Positions 14,581-30,469 of a stretch of DNA of 64,000 nucleotides are shown in pieces (position 1 is the stretch's first letter; the number at the start of each line of letters is the position of its first letter). A program made the position numbers and the translations under genes. The notes below the pieces were generated by a model. The model saw only the letters and a program-made list of their open reading frames with translations. It did not search any database and was not told the DNA's origin. Source of the DNA: Sphagnum compactum (lineage: Eukaryota); contig OZ234493.1 of the NCBI GenBank assembly GCA_965153455.1, forward strand, positions 30,556,213 to 30,620,212, in the 5' to 3' direction.

Positions 14581-14859
14581 CATTGCCAGCTTGACTTCAT
14601 CTTCCAGACTGCCTGACGGGCTCTTCAAACTGCCCAAAATTAAGAAATTTACAGGCTGCTCAATGCCGAAAATTCATTACTTAGCTGCTCAAACTTTTGC
14701 CTCAAAAGATAAAACCACCAATTTTCAGGCTTAAACATTGGGAGCTGTGGAAGTCTCATAAGATGTAGATTGGATACAAGGCAAGTTAATATATGGAGAT
14801 GGTTCCCACACAGGTAAGGGCTAGTGGGTTGTTAGTAGGTGGGTAATAAAAACTGAAAC

Positions 14860-15090
14860 TGACCTAATCACTGTGAATAGCAAAGCAACTAGACCCAATG
14901 GAAGAGTGTTTCCTGTCCACGCACCATCCATCCCTGATGGTGCACTGGAGGTGAGTGGTTCCAGAAACCTAAAGAAAAATTGGATTATGTCACCCAGCAC
15001 CCCACCAGTGCACCATCCATTGGAAACCTGGTTTGATGCAGTTGTGGATGAACCACAACTGAGTTACCAAGGTTCTACCGGTAACCTATC
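14860..15090 (+). repeat. Copy of dispersed repeat family (see 8230-8480)
   Basis: Shared motifs ccaatggaa.agtgttt, caccatccatccct and tggatgaacc. Confidence 0.65.
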
Positions 15091-16752
15091 CTGAAAACCC
15101 CCCTACTTCCCTTTGTTCGTCGCCAATCACCTAATATGTAACAGTGGTTCTCAAAAAATCAAATAATTAACCGGCCATAAAACCATCAGTTCATTGCTGG
15201 TTCTTTCATGAAAACTGCCAGTCCTTCAAGGGTTTTGAAATAACCTGGATCAGCTGTTCTTTGATTCTGATTTTTTTCAAAGACCTGGATCTGGCAGTTC
15301 TATATAATTTCAATTAACTGGGCAACTCTTCTTAACATACAGTCTGCTCAGGAACTGGTGCATGAATGTGAGTCTGACTCTTCTCAGTTTCCTTCACTCA
15401 TGCTAATTAGTAGATTAAGACCAGGTCCAACCTGACAAGCCGTTGGCAACTCCCAAGTCAAGTTCATTGGCAGAGGAGTTTCTCCTACACTCCACTGGAC
15501 TTTGAGGACCCAGGAGGACCTTGTTTGAGGTCCAGGGGTCCCAGAATGGGCTATACCAGCGAGCCATCACCCCTGGGGTTAGGCGGAAGTGTTTTTCAAC
15601 TGGAGCTTTTATGCTAATTGACTTCACACCATAAACATGGGGCAACAGGTGTTTACACAAATCTAGATGAAGTTCAGTCATCTGAAAAAACACTATGGCA
15701 TCCCAGATGTTTGAGGTTCAAATGATTCAAATACCCGCCCTGATTCCATATCCAGTTTTTTGCAAAGAAACTTCTTGCTATTGCAATCTTGGAATGTTGA
15801 ATTTCCTCTGTAGGTGTCACTGTCAATCTGTTTCTCCTCTCCTGGAGAGACTTCTGTCTTACACTAAAAGGAAGGAGCAAGCACATGCCAAGAAACCAAG
15901 AAGCACAAATTGCAAACTGCAATGGTACATGCAAAATCATTGAACTCAAACAAGATTAGATGATAGGAGCAGACAAATGCGGAAGAAACTGCGGACTCAA
16001 TCAGCAACAGAAAGTTTTGTTTCTTTCTTAATGTTTGGACAAACCAGCACTGCTCATTGCAACAGACAAGGAAATACATGGTGGATTATGTGGTAAAGAC
16101 TTCTCTGCTGCCATTTTGGTATTCTGGGCCACTGCCCAAACTACTTCCTAATAAGTAGAGCAGCATGCAAGTCAACTGCTAACTTCCCCTAACCTTTACC
16201 TGGTCCATACATTCCAACCCCTCAATTTCCAAAATATAGCTGGTGATGCCCAGTATGTAGGTGTCTAATATTACATAATAAGGTCAGGCAGCCATTTTAC
16301 TCCAAAGATGACAAGAACAGAATCCTTGGTCTTTTTCAAGCTCATGACAAATACTCATATCCAAACATGCCCCTTTATTTACGGTGCAGAAAACTACAAT
16401 TTGTTTCCATTGCGGTACAAAGTTTGTTCAAAATTTTGCATTGGTATTTCCCCAGAAGCATGCAACCAATGGCAGCTTCTCTTTGCTCAAACCTAAGGCA
16501 TGAGGCCTGCCCATTGACTCATGTTCAACAAGGAATGGGTATTCAACTTTACACTAAGACCTTGAGCAGTGCACTAATGATTTGCCTACCCACAGGAAAA
16601 ACTCAGTTTGATATAACTAGCAAACTTGAACAATGGAACCCCACTCATGATCTTCTAAATGGCAAAATTTTCATAATGGGATGGATTTGCAGAGTTAGGT
16701 TTAATTTGTCATTGCCATATTATACAGAAGCACCTGAACTGGAACAATTCAG

Positions 16753-19700
16753 TCAACCACCACTCTTCTTGGGATGGTCTTTCAATTTGACCTCCTTGGT
16801 AAACATGCGTGGAGCAATCGCCATTGACATCAGCTCTTGGAAGAGAAGTTTGCATGCATATGGTATGTGCACCTGCCAAACAGCCTTGAAGTTTCAGAAC
16901 TCTAACTGAAAGACCTTGTATCAGAACAGTAGCCAAAAAACACCAAGCATAAACTTTGAACTGAGAATTTTTATGGGGAAGTGTTCTGGACTACTTTACA
17001 TTTTAAGGAGCAGCAGTAGAACTCACCTGCACAATGTCTGTCTTATTCTTACAGCCTCGACACTCATAGGTGTTTTTCTTCAGATTGGCAATTGCAATAA
17101 TACCACAGTGTTCACACACATGGACACGATATGCATCACTTTGATCAAATAGACGCTCTTTCAAGAAGTGTGCTGCCCCATGAGCAATCATACAGTCTCT
17201 CTCCATCTCCCCAAATCGCAGACCTCCATCTCGAGACCGACCTTCAGCAGGCTGACGAGTTAAGATCTGAACAGGTCCACGTCCTCGTGAATGGATCTTG
17301 TCGTCCACCATGTGCTTGAGTCGCTGGTAATACGTGGGACCCAAGAAGATATGGGCACTCAGCCTTCGGCCAGTATGTCCATTGTACATGACCTCAAAGC
17401 CCCGCATTTGGTATCCACACTTGTGAAGGGCCTTGCTAATATTATCAACCTTTAAACCCACAACTGATATTAGAACATCAGTAACTTCTACAACTCCTCC
17501 ATCCTGCATGCATGATAACAGACATGGCACTACTGTGTCACAATATACAAGCTGTATGATGATAATAAAGCACCAGTCCTTACCGTCACATCTGTGAATG
17601 GTGTGGCATCACCCTCCTTGCCCATATGTGCAGCAACTTTGCCCATGATGCACTCAATGAGCTGACCAATGGTCATGCGGGAAGGAATAGCATGTGGATT
17701 CACAATGATATCAGGGGTAATCCCCTCTTGCGTCCATGGCATATCTTCCTGAGTATATGTCATGCCTACTGTGCCCTTCTGTCCATGCCGACTACTGAAC
17801 TTGTCCCCTATTTGTGGTATACGGATTGACCGAACCCTGATTTTTACAAACCGCAGACCATCAGCATTGGTTGTCAACAACACCTGCATCACCCACAAAC
17901 TTCTCAGATGTCTATCCATTAACAATGAAATCTCTTTAACTCTCCCCAAGGCCAGAATCACATGTAAGCAGAAACAACCTCAATCCCAGCAGTCTCCTTG
18001 GCTAAAAAGGGAGATATAACTCGATCATATCAAGGTAGTTCAGTAGAGAGAAAACCTGATCAATCATGCCACTTTCACTGTGGCGTAAACAAGTGCTCTG
18101 GTCACGTTTTGTGTAGCGCTGCGCTTGACTTGCATTGTCATCCTGGGGCAATGGTGTTGTCTTCCCAATGATCACATCCTCACCTGATACTCTTGTACCC
18201 TACACTCATCACATGCACATAAACATAAGATTTCAAATGCACCCAGAAACCTCCACTTGCATAAAACTGCCAAAATTGCCAAGCTAGTAGCCATCCTCCA
18301 CAAGGGTGTGCTTTGAGTCCACTTATTTTTGCAACCATCATCAATACCCCATAACAGGAACATGTCAATGATGTGATGACCTCCATATCCTGATTGCTGA
18401 CTGTAAGCAAGTTTTCACAACTGATGAGGCACTTTGTAACAAAGTATGGAACATCATTCTAACTTTTCAAAACAGGCACTACAGAACAGGAAACCATACA
18501 GGGGGGGCAAGTCCATCATCATCCAGCTTGTCATAGGATCCATGTCGCATGCCCTGCCATCAGCAAGATAATATTGTTAACTAAGAGGCACTTGGAACTC
18601 ATACGTATTTCAAGATGTCTAGCACCTAAGCTACAAACCTATTCCAGTGTGCTTCCTTCCATCCCACCAGCACCAACTTCATACACATGTGAAGTCTCAC
18701 AGAAATTTCTGGAGAAGAAAAATGTTGACAGTCATTATTCACTACTCTTTGTCATCATGGCAACTCACTGTAGTATTCTCCCGGTTTGGTCTCTCAAACT
18801 CTTCCTTTATTAGAGTACCTTGCTTCTTCTCCTCATCCCTGCCACAACACGCAGTTCAAATTCTGAGCTACATCTCATTTAGCAGCGTAGTACCATATAG
18901 CATAATACAGGTCTGATGCATCCAACAGAGTGATCAAGTCCCTGCCTCAAGTTTGCTAAGATTCGTAAAAGACAGACTGCTGTCAAGAAATTGGGATAAC
19001 CATTTACCTCTTCCCAAATAGAATAAGCAGGGTTCAAGAAAAATAAATAGCTGTTAAGTCACTTTGAAGACTACCTGTAGGAACGATAAAAGATGGAGCG
19101 GAAGAAGCCTCGGTCAATTGAAGACTGATTCATGATAACAGAGTCCTCCTGATTGTAGCCAGAATAACAGGCAATGGCCACCACCGCATTCTAAAACAAC
19201 CCCACATCTCCATTATGTTACTTCTGCTCCTCAAACATATCATATAAACTAGTTCTAATTTCACATAAAATGGATTCAAAAAACAAAAACTACTGCATTT
19301 GGAGAGGCATGACATTCAGTAACTACCCAAGATTGTGAATTAGTCAGATGGGGGGAATGGGAAGAATACTTACAATGCCTGCAGGAAGCTGGCGAAAATG
19401 TAGATGCTCCATTGCTCGTGTAGTCACCAATGGTTTTTGAGGGTAGTACAACACATATGCCAGAGTATCCTGATGATTTTCATGGCGTCAGCATCAGTTT
19501 CTCTCAATTTTCTCAGGCTACATAAACTTTTGTTGCAAAGAAACAGAACATTCAAATCACATACAGAATCCCATATCCCTTTCTTTGTGTAGCCCAAAAC
19601 ACCCAAGCAGATTTGACCTGAGACTGTCACAGAAGGCAAATAGGCCATGACCCAGCAGACTTACCATTCGAAGTTGATAATTGGTCACATAAATTCCCAT

Positions 19701-22700
19701 TGCCTGCTTTCCCATTGCTGACTGGTAGGTGTTACGAGGTGACTGCAGGACAACACAACATTCAAAATCCCTTGTAAAATTCAAAAGCAAGCAATTTAAA
19801 AATTTACCCAACAAAATGATCTACAGAGGGGTGGGTAGATGAGATTGCATGTAAAGTTCCAGTTTCAAGCAAACAGCACACACATATCACAACAATTCCG
19901 GGTTTGGGCTGTGGAAAGGAAAAGCTCAAAAATCTGCCCACTAGCATCAACTGCAAACCTGACATTGGAATACCAAGCAGATTGGCTGGTCAGAGAAAAA
20001 GCAGACCTGATTGTGATCAGGAAAGGGGATGATGGAGCCACAGACCCCAAGGATCATGGAGGGATGGATTTCACAATGTGTGTATGTGACTGAAAATGAT
20101 GCCTCTGGGTTGTTTCTTGCATTGACAAGATCCTGCCAGGGATTCCAACCACAGTCAGTCATTCTATAGACCAAAGCATTTCAAGACCAGAAGTGCATAC
20201 ATAATAACCACTATGCCTTTGCCTGCCCCCACCTTCCCCCTTCCAACTGTTTCATTGATGGAGTCAACATGAACAAGGGTGGCCCAAAGCTCTGGCAAGT
20301 CATTATTGCAAGAAGAAAACCACTTGTACACTAGGCATACCGCAATGGTCATGGAAATCATAGTGGTTTCTTCCTCCTCTGTATCCACATACTCGATGAA
20401 TCCTTTGGACACCAAATCGTACCAACCACTTTCAGTTGCCTCCTGCATGTCGAATCATTAAAATGACATGTTACATTCCTTTCATATACTTGTCACAGCC
20501 AATATGAATAGCCAAACACATTTGGACTACAGTTCTGTAGAAGTATAGAATATGAATTTTACCTTCTGCTGCAATGCCCGAACATCAGATTTCTTGATTA
20601 AAAGGCGTTGCTTCTCCACAATGAAAAGAGGACGACTACAGCGACCATAATCTGTGTAAAGCCGCAGTTCTTTCAAACGAATATCTCGGACCACTCCAAC
20701 TTCCGTGTTGACATCCACCTGCCAGGAGAAAAACATCAGCATCCTCCTAAATGCTGTTTACATGCAATCCAGTAGCTCCTACATTGCATGTAAACTACTG
20801 ATTCCAGATCCAAGTCCTACATGATCTAAACAGAGCCAAGGGAAACCAGTGTTAATGTAAACCTGACGGCGAAGCTGTCGAAGTGTGCGCACAAGCAGCT
20901 CAGGGTCGCGATGAATTCCAACCCAAGAGCCATTCACAAAGATTTTTGTTGAGTTGGGTATTACAGCTGGAGATATTTCCTGCACCAAAACCATCAGTCA
21001 GATGAAGGCACTGCTTTACTGAAGCTTTAAATTGGATAAGAAATAAAATATAGATCCAAGCGAAAGATTCTGCATCAGTTCCAGGAGATGTCAATAAACC
21101 TCAAAGTTTTCTGTACTCCACTCTTCCAAAAACTCCAAGATGGGATTGACAGCTGAGCCAACGGTGATGTAGGCCATAAGTGCCAAGTTCTTCACAAGCC
21201 CACATGCCTGCCACCATACGACCACATCTGTGTCATAGGTTCTGAATTGTAAACTTGCCATCAAATGTAAGAATACTTCCAGAGAGATTCCCAACTTGAG
21301 TGGCATGAGTAGGGGGGGACTTTACACACCTGGCCCTCAGGTGTTTCTGCAGGGCACATCATTCCCCAGTGAGAGTTATGCAACTGTCGAGGCTTCGCCA
21401 GCTTCCCTAAACAGACCCACAACATGCAAAACGATTGCACAAGTCATTACCAAAGCAAACAATGATATGACAGAGTTCCACTCAAGGAAATAGAGATGAG
21501 ATCATACCCTGAGACTCAGTCCATACACTTTATTTGGTTCTTAAGAACTCACCTTCACGACCAATCGGAGAGTTAAGCCGCCGCAAGTGAGAAAGTGTTG
21601 AGGCATATGTCAAGCGATTGAGCACCTATACCAGGCAGCAATCAGCATGTGATGAGAAAATTAACATGCATGCTTGACTCACCCATCTGTGACAATTAGC
21701 TCACAAGCACCCTAGGCAGCCAGGCACAGCTCTATACAAGTCTTGACTAAGACAAAAATGTCAATACATTCAGCAGAAAAGTCAAGCTAACTTTCAAAGT
21801 GCATCCAACATAATTTCTCAGAATCAGACCAAGAAAAATAAGATTCAAGTGATGATCATCTGCCAAATGTGTAAACCAAGGTGGTTGCAAGTTGGAATAA
21901 CCAAGATGCATCCATACCTGCTGCATATCTAGTGACAGAGAGATAAACAACCAAGATATCTAAAAGCAAAACCTCACCTGTGATACACCTGCCCTTACAC
22001 CTGCCGTATTTGCTTGACCCCAGTTTCCAGTAGCCAGAGAATATTTCAAGCCACTGGTGATGGTCTTGGCCTTCACTGCATAGGCCAAGTTGATCTCCTT
22101 ACCATTGTCAACACACTTTTCACCCACAAAGAAATGTTAGGATTGGGAACTCAATGTGCAGCAGGTCTTTCTGTCCTTATTCCTGCTACAAGCACCTTAT
22201 GCATCTAGTGATGTGATAAGACTCTCCATAAAACTATTTTTTTGAAACTACCTGACAGAAAGAAAAATCCAGGTCATCTTCCCACTCTACTGGTCACTAC
22301 AGTCAGCACTTCACCATGTTAACAGAGAGAGAACTGCTAAAGCAAGGTGAGTCTACCAGGCCTCTCATTCCTGGCACACCAGGTGGAGACAAAGTGCAGT
22401 AAAAGGTTTACCTTTTGTAGGTAGCCTCGTACATCTTTTGTGAGCTTCCGAAAAAGCTGCAAAGTAATGGCCATGACCAATCATCAGCATCCAAGTGCCT
22501 CCTCCATCTTGACAAGAGTATCCCTAACAAAAAACCTGCCGATAATGCCATCAAAGGCACCAACTTCTACTTATAAACAGCACATCTTAATGAACAAGAC
22601 AATGAAGGGATAAGAGTATGAAAATCACCATGCGGAACAGGCCTCCAAGAAGAGGGCCAGCAAGATCTAGCCGCTTGTTGCCATAGTGATCACGATCATC

Positions 22701-25700
22701 CTCTGCTCGACGACCCAATGCACATAGTAGCAGTCGGTGTATAATGTACCTGACCATACCAGCAATGGAAAGACCAAAATGTTGGACTGGACATTCATTA
22801 CCAAGATTAAAAGTTTGTGACAGATACTTTCAGCTTTGGCCAAGGAACACATACCCAAAGAAATATGCTTTCTTAGTCTCACAAAACTCCCCAATTCCAA
22901 CATGAGGGAGCATCTCCTTTTGCAGAATCTCTTTTGCGTACCTGCAACCACAACACAAACCTCTTGATGTCAAGTAAAGACAAAATTCACCTAAGATCCC
23001 TAACCAACAAGATGACCTTGATACATTCAAGTTTCTAGCAAACAGTGATACCACATTCCTGACCAGACAGAATGGCATTCTAGTTGTATGGCTCATGACA
23101 CACACATATCACAAGCACCTCCTCCAAGCAACTCCCCAAAGGGAACCCCTACATGTAATTGCAGGTAGTACAGGTGCATGAAAATGTGAAACACTCCTAA
23201 ACTGTGCACTCACTTGATACGTTTCTCCCTTGTAACCCCAACAGTAGACCCTCGCTTGCCAATGTAGTCAAGTGCGACCTGAACAGGAATCAAGAAAACA
23301 CTGAATTGAACACTTTTGCACCCTCCCTGACTTACACAGCACACAGACCCTGAGCAACCGCTGGATGTAACCTGAAGAAACAATGCATGGTTCACTATCT
23401 CATGTAATACCTGCTGATTCTGTATTACAAAGGCCTCCTCCAAAGATGGCCGCAGTAGTTCCATCATAGCTGTATCATTGAAATCATAACATATGTGCTC
23501 CAATATGTCCTTGTCTGCCACAAAACCTAATGCTCGGAATACCACTATAATTGGAATCTCTGTGCGTATGTATGGCAGGGTTGCCCGTATATATTGCCCT
23601 GAAGATCCCTGAACAGAATAAAAACTTCACAGGTGTAATCATTCACCATCTTCACAAAGTTTATATACTCTAAAACCACAAGCCATGAAATGTCTCTACA
23701 AATTACCAGGATGGCTGCCACACATGAAAGATCATTCAGCAACCTGTTCGCACTTACCCCAGACTGACCATGTTAAGACCTCATCCAAAAAACCCATTTC
23801 CAGATTGGTAGAGTCATTGGCACCTACTTAACCTGAATGTACCCCTAATTACAATTTTGAGCATCTACAACATGCTTTTCTACTCAAGAACAACTAGAGG
23901 CTGTTTTTGCATACAGAGAAACTGCATGAGCAACTCTTACTGACCAAAGTCACATATCTCAATGTTCACAAATGCTGGTTAAGAGACCTATGGAACTGCA
24001 TGATGAGATTATTACAAAACCACAAAACAAAACCTATGCCTATGCCATGCACAACAATGCCCAACAGGGTTCCTTCAACGTCTGTTGCTTCTCCCATCTT
24101 CACTACAAGGATTGAGGAGAACTGACCCCTTTGGCACCAGCTCTGGAGAGCATTCGAACAAACATGCTGCTTGCAGGCCTGTTCTGTGTCTCAGCCATAG
24201 ACCGAACTTCAGCAACATAAGCATACTTGTTGGGTTGTCTCTTCTTGAACACATACACATGGTTTGTACTCATTTTCTCCTGTGCAATAAGCACCTTCTC
24301 ACTACCATTGATGATAAAATAACCCCCTTGATCGTAAGGGCACTCCCCTAGCTCTGTCAGATCTTTGTCAGAATTCTGATACAAAGTGCAGTAGCTTGAC
24401 CGAAGCATAATAGGCACCTGCCAGCACCATTCCAAGCTATATCTTAAAGAAAGACAACTGCAAAAGATCATATTGATTCACATCCAAAACACCAGAGTGT
24501 AAACCAATCATAAAAGGACATAAGCATTAAGTCATTATATCCTTTGCAATTTCTATCAGCATCACAGTTTGCGTGGAAGCTCCCTTAAAGCCAATCTAAT
24601 CATAAGTACTCTAAAACAAGCAAGACCAATCAACTACTTGAGCTGGCAACAACAATACAGCAAGTTAGGAGCATCCTAATCTGTCAGCAGACCACACTGA
24701 TAGGACTACCAAGAAATCTGTCCCGAACCTTGCCAATGTAAACTTTAGGCATATCTTCCTGCTCCATCTCATCCTCTCCATCATCATTCTTCCTGGTTAC
24801 ATACTTGGTCACATCCACATACAGTGGGGCAGAGTACGTGAGATTACGAAGCCGTGCAGCTTTAGGAAAGAGGGTTGCTGTTTCTCCATCTGACTCTGTC
24901 ATCATTGGTTTGCTGAGATAGATTTGCCCAAAGTTGATCTTGTATGTAACCTAGCAAAAAGACACAAATTCCACAGTCACAAAAAAGTTGAATTCACATT
25001 GAACTCAGCAACCTTCTACTTTTTTGGAGCTTGGCTACATGTATGTACCGACAGTCATTGGTCACAAAAAGTGCAAAGAGGACATGGTCTTTCACATGGA
25101 AAAAGCTCAAATCTCAATACAATTGACGCCCTGAATGGATGACCAGACAAAAGGAACTATGACAACTCAATGAAGAAAAGGCATTCAGAAACTGCAGATG
25201 AGCCTGACATTAAACCCTAAAATCCTGTCACTGCCTTCAGTACCACTACTGTGAGCTTCATGGCAGACATGGCTACTGACTAAGTACGTATTATCAATAA
25301 ACTCAATGCCGCATTACTGGAGAGTTTGTCTGTCACCATATTGTATCACTGCTTGGCCTAGAAGGTTCACCAAACAAAGGACATATTGAGGGAGCTAGCA
25401 TATTTTCTCAGACCATCACCCAAAACTGTTCCAAGAGGAGTGACTGTAACCATGTAGAAACGACATGGAACGGAGGAGAGGGGCCAGAGTGTACTGCAAG
25501 CGAAAACTACAAACAAACCCTAATCACTCACCAAACTCAAACCTGCTATGCAACAAAGAAAATACAGAAAAAGAGAGTTGTCGATTATAGCAACAGGCTG
25601 ATTAGAGGATTCAACTAACTTCTTATCAACATCATCACCATCTTCCTCCACTCAGCAGCAAAAGTGAACAACGTTCCTGCGCGAAGAAGAAGAAGAAGAA

Positions 25701-25944
25701 AGTAGCTTACATCACCAGTCTCCGTGTTGCGGCCTGGATTATGCTGAGACTCGGGCCGAATCTCGATATCCGCAGATTCATCAACGATTTCTTGCATGGT
25801 ATTCTGTATGAACTCATCGAAAGAATCCAGCTGCTGCCGCACCAAACCCTTTTCCTCAAAATAAGCACTGATAACAGCCCAGGCATCCTCCTGCGTGATT
25901 TCTTCATCTTCCTCATCGTATTCCTCTTCATCACCCCCATACAT
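16753..25944 (-). CDS. NRPB2: DNA-directed RNA polymerase II second-largest subunit, 25 coding exons
   Basis: ATG at 25944 ([45 protein letters not shown]). All introns traced as GT-AG, with exons including 25711-25944, 24729-24950, 24127-24417, 23411-23608 ... 17584-17883, 17027-17449 and 16753-16872. Hallmark motifs are present: [97 protein letters not shown]. Stop TGA at 16753-16755. Confidence 0.98.
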
Positions 25945-26989
25945 CTTTGCTCCTTTACTGCAACACCAACGACCAACAACTACCAAACTCCCACTACTCC
26001 CTCGCTTTCTAACGAGAATATAATGGGAGACTTCTCTTCTAGGGTTTGGCTTTTTTTTTGCGGTGTTTCCCTCTACTTTTTTAGATCGCTCGTCGGCTTG
26101 GCCTGGCTTTTGACCGATGCCGCAATAGCAACGCTTCTTTGTTTGCGCTTGTTTTTTTATATTCAGCCCGCTCACCACAGCCCCACACACACACAGCTCT
26201 GTAACAGAGAGCGCAGCGGAGACACTCTGCGACTAGCAGCAGCATCAGCCCAAAACTTGCGCCACAGCCCCTATTTATACCCGCGGAGATGGCAGGGATG
26301 TAGCGTGCTTCGTAGTCTTCATCCATCAACAAGAACAAAATTCTATCATCCATGAAGGTGTATATCTTGTAACGCAAGCAACAATGGATCCACACCATGC
26401 ATTGCATGAGTGGCATCCTGTGCCTCGCTCAGGTCAAAATATGGCGAACTTTTTTTTTTGAATCCATTTTTTTCCAAAAGGGCTTTCGCCAGCCCCCTCT
26501 GTTTTTTTCGCGTTTTGGCGAATTTTCGCCACAGAAAAAAACGCTGCTTGGGCCCTTGACTTGTATAAATCACGGCCCACTTTGAAAGCAATCAAGGCCC
26601 ACTTAAACGTAGGAGTAACTACCAAGGTCACATTGATGGCCTGGACGGCACACGCATCGAGCGCCACACGGGAAGGCGGCCTTCGGAGGAGGAGCTCTAG
26701 TTGAAGCAGCAGAATCGGGGCAGGCCGAGCTCGAGAGGCATTTCCTCTACCATCTTCCCCTTTCGATTTTTAATTCTGTTCGTTTGTGTTTTTGAAGGAA
26801 ATCAAACCAGAACACGGGGGGAACTTTTTTTTGTCTGCAAAAGGGACCTACCTACGTTACGCACGCCAGGAGCTGTAGGGTATTTAAATACATCTTGGTG
26901 GAGAAAGTTTTCGCCAAATTGCAGCGTGACAGAAGAACAAGAAGAACGAGAACAAGAAGAGTGTGTCGTCGACTAGGCTGACCTTCAAG
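25945..26989. promoter_or_regulatory. Shared divergent promoter / 5'UTRs of NRPB2 and RabB
   Basis: The two ATGs are 1045 bp apart head-to-head. Site II-type motifs TGGGCC/GGCCCA at 26549, 26574 and 26596; telo-box-like TAGGGTTT at 26040. Confidence 0.65.

Positions 26990-30469
<3,480 letters not shown>

Noticed and set aside
16367..16909. 180-aa plus-strand ORF
   Set aside because: It is antisense to the NRPB2 last exon and 3'UTR, with no homology recognised.
25741..26355. 204-aa plus-strand ORF (longest in the track)
   Set aside because: It is antisense to NRPB2 exon 1 and its leader, and has no recognisable motifs.
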